Part shown: positions 38,167-48,214 of the stretch, piece by piece
Layout: every line of letters begins with the position of its first letter
Numbering within the stretch: position 1 is the stretch's first letter
NCBI GenBank assembly: GCA_022824865.1
Contig: JAJDZD010000022.1
Span: 36,115-100,114, forward strand
Length of the DNA stretch: 64,000 nucleotides
DNA from: Chloroflexota bacterium
GTDB taxonomy: Bacteria; Chloroflexota; UBA11872
Reading direction: 5' to 3'
The notes under the pieces: model-generated
What the model saw: the letters and a program-made list of their open reading frames with translations, nothing else
Databases searched by the model: none
Told to the model about the DNA's origin: nothing
Position numbers and translations under genes: made by a program

Positions 38167-39522
38167 TTAGGTCAGCGAGACGGCGTATAGCGCCAGCCCG
38201 GGCGCACCAACGCTGAACTGCAATTCGCCAACGCTCTCCGAACCGTTCCGCAGAATGTCGTACAGGCGAAACTGGTCCACGAAAAAGTGCGTCTCGCCGC
38301 CAGGCCCGACCATGACATCGCCGCCCCTGCGGTCCGCTGGAATGGGCTCGCCGTCGACGGTGACTTGCACGCGAACCGGTTCTTCGCCCGCCGCCCTAAA
38401 ACTCACCGAGACGTTCTGGGCGTGGAATGGAACGCTGACCCGCGCCGTCTCATCGGCCTGGGGCTGCGCCAGCGCGGCGTTCGGCACCCAGTCCCAGCGA
38501 CCGTGCAGGTAGAGGCGCTCGGCATCGTGTTCGACGTTGTCAGTGAACACGCGCGCTCCATCCTCGGGCGTCCCAATCGGATTGCCCAGGTAGGAACCGA
38601 ACGCGAACCCGCTGCCCGCGAAGAGCGACCGAGGCCCGGTGGACGGCGAAGGCGTCGTCTTGCGCGGGATGGACGCGCTGGAGAGCGGAATGTGCGAAAG
38701 GTCCGTTCCGTCTTCGGCCAGCAGCGCGCGGATAGCCTTCTCGGTCTCCTGGTAGGCGCCCTCGCCGATGTGGTGAAAGCGGATCTGGCCTTCCTGGTCG
38801 ATCAGGAACTTGTGCGGCCAGAAGCGGTTGTTGTAGGCGCGCCACGTCTTGTAGCCGTTATCCATGGCGACCGGCCAGATGACGCCGCGCGAGGGAAGCG
38901 ACTCGCGCACGTTCTCTTCCTCGTACTCGTGCCTGAACTCCGGCGTGTGCACCCCAACGATCACCAGCCCGTGCGGCGCGTAGGCGTCGTGCCAGGCGCG
39001 GACGTGGGGCAGCGTGCGGATGCAGTTGATGCAGCCGAAGGTCCAGAAGTCGATCAGGACAGGACGCCCGCGCAATTCGTCCATCGTCAGCACCTCGCTG
39101 TTCAGCCAGGCGGTTATTCCGGCGAATTCCGGCGCGGTGCCTATGACCGGCAAGTCGGGCAGTTGGCCCACGACGACCTGCGGCGTGGGGGCTGGCGTGG
39201 GCGCGCTGGTGACAGGAGCCGGGACGCTTGTCGGCGCGATGGGCGCACTGGTCGCCGCTGCAGGCGCGCCGGTTGCCAATGGCGGCGCGGTCTGTGCCGC
39301 CGTGGGAGCACTGGCAGCAACTGCAGTGGTACCGGCGGCAGCAGCGGGTGGACTCGCCACGACGGCCTGGGTTGGAGCAGCTGTCTGAGCCTCGTCCGCG
39401 CCGGGGAGTCCGACGCCAACCGTCGGATCAGGCGGCGATACCACGATCTCGATCAACGCAATGGCGCCGATCACCGCAACAACCACAAGAGCCAGCGCCG
39501 CATAACGCTGCCGGCCGGTCAT
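38167..39522 (-). CDS. TlpA/ResA-like thioredoxin-family thiol-disulfide oxidoreductase with a C-terminal extension
   Basis: N-terminal TM anchor, an Ala/Pro/Thr-rich linker, FWTFGCINCIRT (CxxC), and a C-terminal ~200-aa domain. The start is taken at the internal Met (MTGRQRY). Confidence 0.75.
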   Translation of the reverse strand: MTGRQRYAALALVVVAVIGAIALIEIVVSPPDPTVGVGLPGADEAQTAAPTQAVVASPPAAAAGTTAVAASAPTAAQTAPPLATGAPAAATSAPIAPTSVPAPVTSAPTPAPTPQVVVGQLPDLPVIGTAPEFAGITAWLNSEVLTMDELRGRPVLIDFWTFGCINCIRTLPHVRAWHDAYAPHGLVIVGVHTPEFRHEYEEENVRESLPSRGVIWPVAMDNGYKTWRAYNNRFWPHKFLIDQEGQIRFHHIGEGAYQETEKAIRALLAEDGTDLSHIPLSSASIPRKTTPSPSTGPRSLFAGSGFAFGSYLGNPIGTPEDGARVFTDNVEHDAERLYLHGRWDWVPNAALAQPQADETARVSVPFHAQNVSVSFRAAGEEPVRVQVTVDGEPIPADRRGGDVMVGPGGETHFFVDQFRLYDILRNGSESVGELQFSVGAPGLALYAVSLT

Positions 39523-39586
39523 CGGGTCACTCCCGCGAAGCCGATCGGTGTCGGCACGCGCGATCGGCACAAAGACATCTCATGGA

Positions 39587-40351
39587 CTAGGCCGCCCGGT
39601 TCCTTTTCTGGCCGCGCACCATCAGCCCGTCTCGCCCCAGTCCCTGGCCCGACGACTGAACGTTGTCCGGGTCGCGGTAGCCGAACCTGACGAGGCGCCG
39701 CCATTGGTCCGTGCGGTTGGGCGCCGAACCATGGATGGTGTAGTAGCTGAAGAACACCACGTCGCCGGCGTCGGCCGGAACCGACACGGCGTCCTCCAGG
39801 CGGTACTGGTCCGTGGGCAAGTGCGGGCTCGATTCGGGGCCGCGTATGTGCTGGAGCGGCCCCAACTTGTGGCTGCCTTCAAGAAATTGTAGGCAGCCGT
39901 TTTCTTCGCTTGCCGTATCGATATGCACAATCGCGTCCACGTAGGCGGGACCCTCGTGCGCGTAGAACGGATGGTCCTGGTGCATGGGAAACGGCGTCCC
40001 CATGTCCGGGGCCTTGGCGTGCAGCGTGGTGTGGTGCAGCTCGACGTCCGGCCCGATCAAATCGGCCACGGCGCCGGTGAGCCGGTCGTTAACGACCGCC
40101 CGCGCGAAGGCCTCGGAGTAGTTCTGCAGCTCGTGCATGGCCGTCAGGCGGGCGCGCTCGTCCTCTTCGGCGGTCATGTACGCCTTGCGCCAGGGGCCGC
40201 GCCAGCCCGGGGTCTGCTGCGCCCATTCCAGCATCAGCCGCTCGAGTTCGACGGACTGAAACTCGACCTCGTCGGGCGAGAAGACGTTCTCCAGTCGCAG
40301 GTAGCCGCGCTCGTTGTAGAACGTGACCTGCTCTTCGGTCAGGGTGAACAT
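39587..40351 (-). CDS. phytanoyl-CoA dioxygenase (PhyH) family oxygenase
   Basis: MHQDHPFY (HxD) ... YTIHGSAPN. Confidence 0.8.
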   Translation of the reverse strand: MFTLTEEQVTFYNERGYLRLENVFSPDEVEFQSVELERLMLEWAQQTPGWRGPWRKAYMTAEEDERARLTAMHELQNYSEAFARAVVNDRLTGAVADLIGPDVELHHTTLHAKAPDMGTPFPMHQDHPFYAHEGPAYVDAIVHIDTASEENGCLQFLEGSHKLGPLQHIRGPESSPHLPTDQYRLEDAVSVPADAGDVVFFSYYTIHGSAPNRTDQWRRLVRFGYRDPDNVQSSGQGLGRDGLMVRGQKRNRAA

Positions 40352-40455
40352 GGCCGCACTGCCTCCCCCACTCGCTCCACTTCTCGATTATAAGGAGGCG
40401 GCGTCAGCGACAGCCTCGGTACCATAAGCCGCGCGCTTCGCCGCAAGGGGACGGA

Positions 40456-40740
40456 ATGTCGCCAGTTCGGCAGCAGATTCTGATTCTGCATCTCCAGTCG
40501 GGCGACCTGGGGTCGCCGACCGTGGCCTGGGCGCTCTACGACGGCGCGCTGCCGGCGGATGCCGTGCAGATGCAGACGGGCAGCGAGTACCAGGCGCCGT
40601 ACGAGTCCGTGCTGGACGCCATGCGCGATGGCTGGCGCGTGTTCCAGGCCAGCCCGCAGCCCGAGCGCAGCGCGGCCACGGGTACCGGCCAGTTGGCGAA
40701 CGAGTTCTGGCTGGAGCGCAACGTCGAAGTCGAGGGGTAA
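40456..40740 (+). CDS. small conserved hypothetical protein, partner of PhyH (paralog of 20066-20440)
   Basis: 94 aa. GGGGA lies 6 nt upstream. It ends with PYESVLDAMRDGWRVFQ...NEFWLER, the same motif as ORF 20066. Confidence 0.5.
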   Translation: MSPVRQQILILHLQSGDLGSPTVAWALYDGALPADAVQMQTGSEYQAPYESVLDAMRDGWRVFQASPQPERSAATGTGQLANEFWLERNVEVEG

Positions 40741-40784
40741 ACGTCACCGGCGCCGCCCGGGCGCCGAAACGGAAGGGGCGAACG

Positions 40785-41654
40785 ATGGCGATCGCAGAAA
40801 CCGAGGTCGTGGCGCAGAGCGAACTCCTGGACGTGCACCAGATGGCGCGGTTCGTCATCGATGGCTTCATTGAGTTCGACGACTTGATCCCCGACGAATT
40901 GAGCGAGGCCGTCCACGCCGACGAACTGGCATCGGTTAACGACGAGGGCCCCATTCCCGAGGTGCGCTGGCACATCACGGACAACCCGCACGGGTTCTAC
41001 GAACGCTCCGCCGCCGTGCGCGCCGTGCACAACCTGCCGCGCGTGAAGGCCGTGCTGCAGAGCCTGCTCGGCCCCGGGCATGTCGCCAGCCACTCGGCGC
41101 TGCACTGCACCGGGCCGCGCCAGGAGACGGCGCAGCAGTGGCACGTGGACGCCGGCGGTCGGCGCCAGGTGCGGTTGCCGGGCGTGCACCCCTGGTCGTT
41201 CGACATCCTCACGGCCTACTTCGCCCACGACACCCCGCACGAGATGGGTCCCACGCTGGTGCTGCCCGGCTCGCACATGCGCTCGGTGCTCGGTCCCGAC
41301 GTGGCCCGCTACAAGAACATCGCCGGCCAGAAGCGCCTTTCAGGCAAGGCCGGACGCATTGTCTTCATGCACGAGGCGCTGTGGCACTGCGCCCAGACCA
41401 ACGAGATCGACCAGTGGCGGTTCATGTTCAAGATTCGCTACAACCCTCGGGTCCCCCAGCGCGGCATCTTCAACGCCGACGGCTGGGACAGCGAGGAGAT
41501 CCGGCGCTACTTCCGCATGAACAAGAACGCCCACAACCTCACCGGCGAATCCTCGGCCGTCGCCCAGGAACGCGCCGACTGGTGGCGCTACCTCTGCGGC
41601 GCGGACGAACTGGCCGACCCGAGTGGGACCGGGGCGCACGGGGACTACGCCTAG
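40785..41654 (+). CDS. phytanoyl-CoA dioxygenase (PhyH)-like oxygenase
   Basis: WHVDAGG (HxD) ... LWHCAQTN. Confidence 0.7.
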   Translation: MAIAETEVVAQSELLDVHQMARFVIDGFIEFDDLIPDELSEAVHADELASVNDEGPIPEVRWHITDNPHGFYERSAAVRAVHNLPRVKAVLQSLLGPGHVASHSALHCTGPRQETAQQWHVDAGGRRQVRLPGVHPWSFDILTAYFAHDTPHEMGPTLVLPGSHMRSVLGPDVARYKNIAGQKRLSGKAGRIVFMHEALWHCAQTNEIDQWRFMFKIRYNPRVPQRGIFNADGWDSEEIRRYFRMNKNAHNLTGESSAVAQERADWWRYLCGADELADPSGTGAHGDYA

Positions 41655-41665
41655 ACCGCTAGTCC

Positions 41666-43240
41666 TTACCCGCTGACGTCCACCACGATGGTGTGGTGAC
41701 CCGTCGCGCCGTCGGGGTCGGAGCGCTGGACGACCGCGGTCTGCGGTTCGCCGGTGGTGTCGGTCGCGCGCACTGAGATCACGTGGCTGCCCGGGGTGGC
41801 GTCCCAGGGCAAGACCCACTGGCGCCAGGTGTCCTTGGAGATCGCCTCGCCCAGCTGGGCTTCCTGCCAGTCGGTGTCGCCCACCTTGACTTCGACCTTG
41901 GTGATGCCGCGATCCTGCGCCCAGGCCACGCCGGCAATAGGCTGCAGGCCGGGGTTCAGGGTCTGACCGCGACGCGGGACGTCAATTCGCGACTGCGTCT
42001 TGATCGGTCCTTCCTTGGACCAGCCGCGCGGAATCCAGTAGCCGTCGAATTCCTCCCACCGGTTCACCACGATCGCGTCCAGCCATTTCGTGGCCGAGAC
42101 GTAGCCGTAGAGACCCGCGACGACCAGCCGGGCCGGGAAGCCATGCTTCGGCGGCAGCGGCTCGTCGTTCATGCCCACGGCCACCAGCGCCTGGCGCCCG
42201 TCGTAGACGGTGTCCACCGGGAACCCTGCGGTAAAGCCGTCCACCGACATGCCGACGATCTGGCTGGCCTCCGCTTGCAAGCCGGCTCGGTCCAGCAACT
42301 CCGTCAGCGGCACGCCCAGCCACTTGGCGTTGTCCACCAGGTCGCCGCCGACTTCGTTGGAGACGCAGCAGAGGGTGACATGGCGCTCGACCCGCGAGAG
42401 GTCCAGCAATTCGTCGTAGGTCAGCTGGTAGGGCCGGTCCACCAGGCCCTCGATCTTGAGCGTCCAGGTCGACAGGTCGACCTGGGGAATGCTCAGAGCC
42501 GTGTCGATCCGGTAGAAGTCCTCGTTGGGCGTGACGATGGGGCCGATGCCCGCGGCGTCGACCATGGCGCCCTCCGGCACCGGCCTCGCGGCGTCGCGCG
42601 GCTTGGGCAAGATCACGTCAAGCCGGCTTGAGGCGATCGTTCGCGCCCGTTCCAGCATGACTCGTCCGCCGGCGGCGGTTCCGACCGCCAGAACCGTGAA
42701 CGCCCCGGCCATCCGCATGAATGAGCGGCGGCCGAGTCCCATCAGCCGCGGGTCGCGAACGGGCTGGGGCATTGCTTGCGCTTCGAGGAGCTTCAGCAGC
42801 ATCGCCAGCGTCCACATGCCGGCCGAGGCCGCCAACAGGGCGCCGATCAGCGCCAGCACGGGCGACAGCTGCGGCTCGGCGATTCCGGCGATGGCCGCCA
42901 ATATCCCGAACGCCACGAAGCCAAGCTGGGCAATCCAGAACTTGCGCGTACCGGCCACGCCGACAACCGCGCCAACGCCTAGACCGATCACGACGATGGA
43001 AATCAGCAGCGCCAGCTTGTCGTTGGTGCCGAACACGGCGATCGCGAAGTCCTTGGCGAACTTCGGCGACAGGTCGATGACCCCGGAGCCCACCGCGATG
43101 ATGAGCGATGGACCGCCGGAAATGAGTCCGGCGAAGATTTCGGTGATTCCAAACGACACGCCGGCGGCAATCAGGCCGGCCAGCGCCGGTCGCGCCTCGC
43201 GCCTGAGCACGGGGCCTAGACCCTTACGAGCGTCGTACAT
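41666..43240 (-). CDS. sulfite-oxidase-family molybdopterin oxidoreductase with an N-terminal multi-TM domain
   Basis: Moco-binding domain (HVTLCCVSNEVGG) with a C-terminal Ig-like dimerisation domain. The N-terminal ~200 aa are hydrophobic. The start is taken at MYDARKG (43240). Confidence 0.75.
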   Translation of the reverse strand: MYDARKGLGPVLRREARPALAGLIAAGVSFGITEIFAGLISGGPSLIIAVGSGVIDLSPKFAKDFAIAVFGTNDKLALLISIVVIGLGVGAVVGVAGTRKFWIAQLGFVAFGILAAIAGIAEPQLSPVLALIGALLAASAGMWTLAMLLKLLEAQAMPQPVRDPRLMGLGRRSFMRMAGAFTVLAVGTAAGGRVMLERARTIASSRLDVILPKPRDAARPVPEGAMVDAAGIGPIVTPNEDFYRIDTALSIPQVDLSTWTLKIEGLVDRPYQLTYDELLDLSRVERHVTLCCVSNEVGGDLVDNAKWLGVPLTELLDRAGLQAEASQIVGMSVDGFTAGFPVDTVYDGRQALVAVGMNDEPLPPKHGFPARLVVAGLYGYVSATKWLDAIVVNRWEEFDGYWIPRGWSKEGPIKTQSRIDVPRRGQTLNPGLQPIAGVAWAQDRGITKVEVKVGDTDWQEAQLGEAISKDTWRQWVLPWDATPGSHVISVRATDTTGEPQTAVVQRSDPDGATGHHTIVVDVSG

Positions 43241-43325
43241 GCTTGCGCTCCCCCTTGAGCCCTCGGTCTCAGGATACGCGCCCTGAGCCTCGCGAGTTAG
43301 TGTGTTTTCTTGCTTCGAGCGGTCT

Positions 43326-44312
43326 TCAGCCTCGAAGCAGGCGCGCCAACGGCCCAGCCGTGCGGTAGGCGCGTGACGCGGCATCCAGTTCGCGCAGTGC
43401 TTCTTCATCCAACTCGATCAGCGCGGCATCCGCATTGGCCTCCGCCTGACCGGCCGTGCGCGCGCCCACGATGGGCAGCAGGGCCGAATCGCGCAGGGTC
43501 CAGGCCACGGCGACCTGGCCCGCCGTGGCTCCCACGGAATCGCCGATTCGCCGCAGGGTGTCGAGCAGCGGCATCACGGTTTCCGGTGTCTTGGCCCTGA
43601 GCACTCGCCGCAGAGGCCGCGACCGCGGCTGGCGGCCGCCGGGTCCGTACTTGCCGCTGAGCAGACCCTGGGCCAGCGGGCTGTAGGCGATCAGCGTGAT
43701 GTCCAGTTCGTGACAGGCGTCCAGCACGCCGTTCACCTCGGGCGCCCGGCGCAGCAGGCTGTACGACACCTGGTTTGAGACCAGCGGCACGCCGGCATCG
43801 GCAAACACCGCGTGGGCGCGGCGCATCTGCGGTTCGGTGAAGTTGCTGACGCCGACATAGGCAACCCGTCCGTCGTGAACAGCCCGCGCCAGCCGCCCGA
43901 GCAGGCGCCGGTGCGGAATTACGCTGTACGGCCAATGCACCTGGTAGTGATCGATCCGGTCCACGCCCAGGCGCTTGAGACTGCCGTCGATAGCCGCGTC
44001 CACCGAACGCACGCGCCAGCGCGTGGGCGCGGGCATGTACTTGGTGGCCACCACGGCCGACCGCGTGTCGCCCGCGCGCAGCTTGCCGATTACCCGTTCC
44101 GATTCGCCGAAGCCGTAGAGCTCCGCCGTGTCCAGGAAGTCGGCGCCGCGCTCCATGGTCGCGTGATAGGTCGCAGGGATGTCGGTGGGTTCGCGGCCGT
44201 CGTGGTCGTCCCAATAGCGCCGGTCGCCCCACTGCCAGGTGCCGACGCCGACGGCGCCGGCCTCAAGATCTGAAGCCCCAATGCGACGACGCGGGACCCG
44301 GTCGTCAGTCAT
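43326..44312 (-). CDS. aldo/keto reductase
   Basis: GVGTWQWGD, LDTAELYG and GVSNF motifs. Confidence 0.85.
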   Translation of the reverse strand: MTDDRVPRRRIGASDLEAGAVGVGTWQWGDRRYWDDHDGREPTDIPATYHATMERGADFLDTAELYGFGESERVIGKLRAGDTRSAVVATKYMPAPTRWRVRSVDAAIDGSLKRLGVDRIDHYQVHWPYSVIPHRRLLGRLARAVHDGRVAYVGVSNFTEPQMRRAHAVFADAGVPLVSNQVSYSLLRRAPEVNGVLDACHELDITLIAYSPLAQGLLSGKYGPGGRQPRSRPLRRVLRAKTPETVMPLLDTLRRIGDSVGATAGQVAVAWTLRDSALLPIVGARTAGQAEANADAALIELDEEALRELDAASRAYRTAGPLARLLRG

Positions 44313-44350
44313 GCGAGTCAGGCGACGCCTTCAAGCTGAAGATTGTTGGG

Positions 44351-44424
44351 CGACCCCGAGAGGACTCGAACCTCCGGCCTTGTGGTCCGCAACCACACGC
44401 TCTGTCCAACTGAGCTACGGGGTC
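44351..44424 (-). tRNA. tRNA-Arg (anticodon reads GCG)
   Basis: The minus-strand sequence GACCCCGTAGCTCAGTTGGACAGAGCGTGTGGTTGCGGACCACAAGGCCGGAGGTTCGAGTCCTCTCGGGGTCG folds as a cloverleaf with anticodon loop UUGCGGA. It resembles tRNA-Arg(ACG) apart from position 34. Confidence 0.8.
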
Positions 44425-44462
44425 AGGAAAAATCAGTCTAGCAATGGGTTGCCGCTGCGGGA

Positions 44463-45056
44463 TTACGACGGCTGCCCGATGGAGGCGGGCGACGGCGGCT
44501 GGGGAAGCCGCAAACCCACACCCAGGCGTTCAAGGATCGGCGCGGCGGCAACGAAGATCACGGCGTCGGCGGCGATGTGCAGCACGATGGCCGGGGCCAC
44601 GGATTCGAAGTGCGCCGCCGCGATGCCGAACAGCAGCCCGCCCAGCGTGCCCAACACCAGGAACGAGCGCGGGAACTGCCGGTCCAGCCCGTGGTGCAGG
44701 CCGAATACCAGTGACGTCACGACGATCGACCACGGCATCCCGATCAGGTTGGCCAGGCCGAACATGGCAGCGCCCCGGAAGAACAGTTCTTCGGCGACCG
44801 GATTGAGCACCAGGAAAAACGGCAGGTTCAGCAGCAGGGCCGAGCGGTCCCCGGCGGCCCGTACCGGCCAGAGCCAGCGGCGGTAGCTGAGCGTCACCAG
44901 CATCACGCCAATCGACCACAGGCCTATCAGAATCCAGTCCAGCAGCCCCAGCCCCAGTTGCAGTCCAATGGCCGACGGGTCGATTCCGGCTACCGCAATC
45001 CATATCAGCGGCGCGCCGATAAGGAATGCAACGCGGGTCGGCACGTCCCAGCGCAT
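44463..45056 (-). CDS. CPBP-family intramembrane metalloprotease (CAAX protease-like)
   Basis: EELFFRG, FGLHH and HIAAD motifs. The start is taken at the internal Met. The longer ORF to 45206 would overlap rmlB. Confidence 0.7.
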   Translation of the reverse strand: MRWDVPTRVAFLIGAPLIWIAVAGIDPSAIGLQLGLGLLDWILIGLWSIGVMLVTLSYRRWLWPVRAAGDRSALLLNLPFFLVLNPVAEELFFRGAAMFGLANLIGMPWSIVVTSLVFGLHHGLDRQFPRSFLVLGTLGGLLFGIAAAHFESVAPAIVLHIAADAVIFVAAAPILERLGVGLRLPQPPSPASIGQPS

Positions 45057-45126
45057 CCAGCGCCAGGCCTCCCGCCAGGTGTAGCGGGGGAGCCGCGCCT
45101 GTCCGGGGGAGGCCGGTTCGGCCCCG

Positions 45127-46152
45127 CTAGCCGCGAAAGGCCTCCGCACCGGCCAGCCGTTCGCCGTATTGGCGCTCGTAGTAGTCCTGGAAGTCGCCGT
45201 CCACAATCGGCCCCCACCAGTCCTGGAACTCCAGGTACCAGTCCACGGTGGCGTCCATGGCCGACTCGAAGTCGTAGCGAGGAGACCAGCCCAGCGACCG
45301 GAGCTTTCGGTTGTCCAGCGCGTAGTTCCAGTCGTGCCCGGTCCGGTCCTCCACGAAGTGGATCAGGTCCTGCGGCGCCCCGACGCGTTCGCAGATGCGC
45401 CGCGCCACGCTCAGGTTGTCTTTGTTGTTGTCGGCGGCGACGTTGTAGACCTCGCCGGGCTCGCCGCGCTCCAGCACCGCCAGGATGGCGCTGGCGTGGT
45501 CCTCCACGTACAGCCGGTCCCGCTGCTGTTCGCCGCGCCCGTACAAGGGCAGCGGCTGGCCGCGCATGGCGTTGATGGTGAACAGCGGCACGGCTTTCTC
45601 CGGGTGCTGCCAGGGACCGATGGTGTTGACGCCGCGGGTGATGCACACGGGGAACTGGTGGGTCTGCCAGGCCGCCAGGACCATCAGATCGCCGGCCGCC
45701 TTGGAAGCCGAGTAGGGGTTGCGGGGCGCCGGCGGGTCGGTCTCCACGAAGGCCGCGCCGCGGGTCTCGCCGTAGACCTCGTCCGTGCTTACGTGCACGG
45801 CCTTGGCCACGCCGGCCTGCCGCGCCGCCTCGAACAGCCGGTAGGTGCCGGTGACGTTCGTTCGTAGGAACGGCTCGGCGTCCAGCAGCGAGCGGTCCAC
45901 GTGGGTCTCGGCCGCGAAGTTCACCAGCCAGGTCGCCCCGGCCAGCGCGGACTGCGCGGTTTCGGTATCCGCGATGTCCCCAACGATCAGGTCGCAGCCG
46001 GCGCCCGCCAGCCGTCGACGGTCGCCCGCATAGGTCAGCGCATCCAGCACGCGCACGTCCCACTCGGGACGCATGGCGCGCACGTGATGCACGAAATTGG
46101 CGCCGATAAACCCGGCGCCGCCGGTGACCAACAGGATGGGACGCGCGGACAT
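45127..46152 (-). CDS. rmlB: dTDP-glucose 4,6-dehydratase
   Basis: LVTGGAGFIG, YSASKAA (YxxxK), and a C-terminal region typical of RmlB. Confidence 0.85.
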   Translation of the reverse strand: MSARPILLVTGGAGFIGANFVHHVRAMRPEWDVRVLDALTYAGDRRRLAGAGCDLIVGDIADTETAQSALAGATWLVNFAAETHVDRSLLDAEPFLRTNVTGTYRLFEAARQAGVAKAVHVSTDEVYGETRGAAFVETDPPAPRNPYSASKAAGDLMVLAAWQTHQFPVCITRGVNTIGPWQHPEKAVPLFTINAMRGQPLPLYGRGEQQRDRLYVEDHASAILAVLERGEPGEVYNVAADNNKDNLSVARRICERVGAPQDLIHFVEDRTGHDWNYALDNRKLRSLGWSPRYDFESAMDATVDWYLEFQDWWGPIVDGDFQDYYERQYGERLAGAEAFRG

Positions 46153-46263
46153 CGGGCACCTCGGGGGGCTGGAATTTCAGTCTAGCAACGGGCCCATTCA
46201 CGTCGGTGTGACGACGGCTGCCTAGACTGGATCGTCGGGCACAGAACCGAGCCGGGAAAACGC

Positions 46264-47292
46264 ATGCACGTCGCGCTGGTTATGGAGGCCGACGAACAGG
46301 GCCACAGGGCCTTCTTTCTGCAGGCGCTGCGCGACCTATCTCTGGTGGACTCGGTCACGGTCGTCGACGAATCCGGCGGCACCTTCGCCGAGGCGCGAGA
46401 GACGCTGGGACCCAAGCTGCGCGGAACGCACCACGAATTAGCGGACGGGCTGGCGAGCGCCGCGCCCGACCTGGCCATCGTCTCGCTAATCGCCGCGAAA
46501 GCGCCGCCAGCGGTTCGTCAATGTCTCGAAGCCGGCTGCCACGTCATGGTGGAGAAACCGGCCTGCACGCATCCCGACCAGTTCGCGGAACTGGTCGAAC
46601 TTGCCGAGCAGCGCGACCGCCACCTGATCGTTCCCCTGGCCCGGCGCCTCTGTCCCTGGGTCCAGGACGCCCGCCGCATCTTCGCGAGCGGCGCGCTGGG
46701 CCGGGCCTATGCGCTGCGGGGCGCGGTGATCGCCGACCAGGCGCGCATCTGGCCCGCGAACGGGGTGCGCGACTGGACCTTCAAGCGCTCGCTGGCGGGC
46801 GGCGGGCACCTGGTCTGGCTGGGGATTCACTGGATCGACATGATGACCTACATCACCGAGTCGCCGGTGGTGGAAGTCCAGGCCATGACCGATGTCGTGG
46901 GCGGCGCGCCCATCGACGTGGAGGACCTGGCGCTGGTCAACCTGCGCTTTGCCAACGGCGCCTACGGCTCGCTGGTCTCGGGCTATCTGCTGGACAAGCC
47001 CTACCAGCTGGACCTGAGTCTCTGGGGCTCCGATGGCTGGCTTCGCTTCGGAGCCTCCGACCGGCACCTGCTGGAGTGGCACTCCGCTTCGCCGGATCCG
47101 GGCGGCGTGCCGGACCGCCGCATCGCCTACAGTGGCCCTGACTTCGCCAACTACACCCCGTGGATCGACCGCACACTTCGAGCCTGCCTGGGCGAGCCGG
47201 CGCCAATCACCGGCGCCGAAGCCCTTGCCGCGTTACGGGTCGTTCACGCCGCCTATGAGTCGGCTGACGGCGGGCGGGCGGTTCGTCTCTAG
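46264..47292 (+). CDS. Gfo/Idh/MocA-family oxidoreductase
   Basis: N-terminal Rossmann region plus EKP motif (VMVEKP). Confidence 0.8.
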   Translation: MHVALVMEADEQGHRAFFLQALRDLSLVDSVTVVDESGGTFAEARETLGPKLRGTHHELADGLASAAPDLAIVSLIAAKAPPAVRQCLEAGCHVMVEKPACTHPDQFAELVELAEQRDRHLIVPLARRLCPWVQDARRIFASGALGRAYALRGAVIADQARIWPANGVRDWTFKRSLAGGGHLVWLGIHWIDMMTYITESPVVEVQAMTDVVGGAPIDVEDLALVNLRFANGAYGSLVSGYLLDKPYQLDLSLWGSDGWLRFGASDRHLLEWHSASPDPGGVPDRRIAYSGPDFANYTPWIDRTLRACLGEPAPITGAEALAALRVVHAAYESADGGRAVRL

Positions 47293-48092
47293 GCGCTGTC
47301 CCAGCGTCGCGGGCTGATGCCCGGGGCGCTGGTTCGCGGATCGATAGGCGGCATGCCCGGCTCGGCGTGCGTGGCCCGCTGGTTGCGGTCGCCGCACAGC
47401 TCGAGGACAGCGGGCGGGAGACTCGCCAGGACTTCGTCCGGCCACGGTTCCAGGTCCTGAACGGTCGGTCCGCACCAGGCCGGGCGGTACGACAGCGCGA
47501 TCATTTCGCGCGCCCGGCTGCCCGTGTTCGGCCCGTTGGCGTGGAACAACGCCAGGTTGATCACCACGGCCGTGCCCGCCGGCGCGGTGATGACAACCTC
47601 GTCGGGATGCGAGGGGTAGCGCTTGTAGGGGTTGGCGTCCGGGTGCATGGACAGGTGCGACCGTGGAATCACCCGCAACGGCGCAACCTCCGTCGTCAGG
47701 TCATCCAGGTAGTACAGCACCCGCACCTGCCGCGGCGCGCTGAAGGCGTAGCCCCAGTCGCTGGTCCCGTAGGGGTGGGAGTCGGTGTGCAGGTTCATGC
47801 CCGGATGCCCCGGCGCCGAGATGGCGTAGTGCGCATGCATGAACACCAGGTCAGGCCCCAGCGCCGCCCGCAGAAAACCGATCACCGGCGGGTGCGCGAT
47901 CAGATCCGTCACCGCCCCGCCAGCAAACTGCACGTCCGACTGCGTGCGCTGATGCTGGCTGTAGTGCACGGGCGTCGGATCCCAGGCCGCCGCCTGCGCC
48001 TTGAGTTGTGCCACGGTTTCAGCATCGAGCGTGGCGGGCAGCACGACGTAGCCCTCGACCTCCAGGCTGCGGATGCGCTGGCCGGTACTCAA
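47289..48092 (-). CDS. phytanoyl-CoA dioxygenase (PhyH) family oxygenase
   Basis: LHTDSHP (HxD) ... LFHANGPN. Confidence 0.75.
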   Translation of the reverse strand: MSTGQRIRSLEVEGYVVLPATLDAETVAQLKAQAAAWDPTPVHYSQHQRTQSDVQFAGGAVTDLIAHPPVIGFLRAALGPDLVFMHAHYAISAPGHPGMNLHTDSHPYGTSDWGYAFSAPRQVRVLYYLDDLTTEVAPLRVIPRSHLSMHPDANPYKRYPSHPDEVVITAPAGTAVVINLALFHANGPNTGSRAREMIALSYRPAWCGPTVQDLEPWPDEVLASLPPAVLELCGDRNQRATHAEPGMPPIDPRTSAPGISPRRWDSA

Positions 48093-48190
48093 TTCGGCCT
48101 AGGCCTGTTGATCTGCCAGCGGTTTGGCGCTCACTGCACGTCCTTGCTACGGGCGGGCAAGTAGGACCAGGGTAGGTATTCCAAGGGTCC

Positions 48191-48214
48191 CAGGCTACGC
48201 ACAGCCTGGGCCAC
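48191..48214. repeat. 24-nt conserved hairpin repeat, copy 1 (caggctacgcacagcctgggccac)
   Basis: Stem caggct/agcctg. Matches 50779-50802 at 22/24, and the 2 mismatches are in the loop. Confidence 0.55.

Noticed and set aside
38287-39690. 467-aa ORF on the plus strand
   Set aside because: Antisense to the TlpA-like gene. Arg-rich composition.
45005-46201. 398-aa ORF on the minus strand
   Set aside because: Alternative frame of rmlB. The rmlB frame gives a clean RmlB protein; this frame is Arg/Gly-rich.
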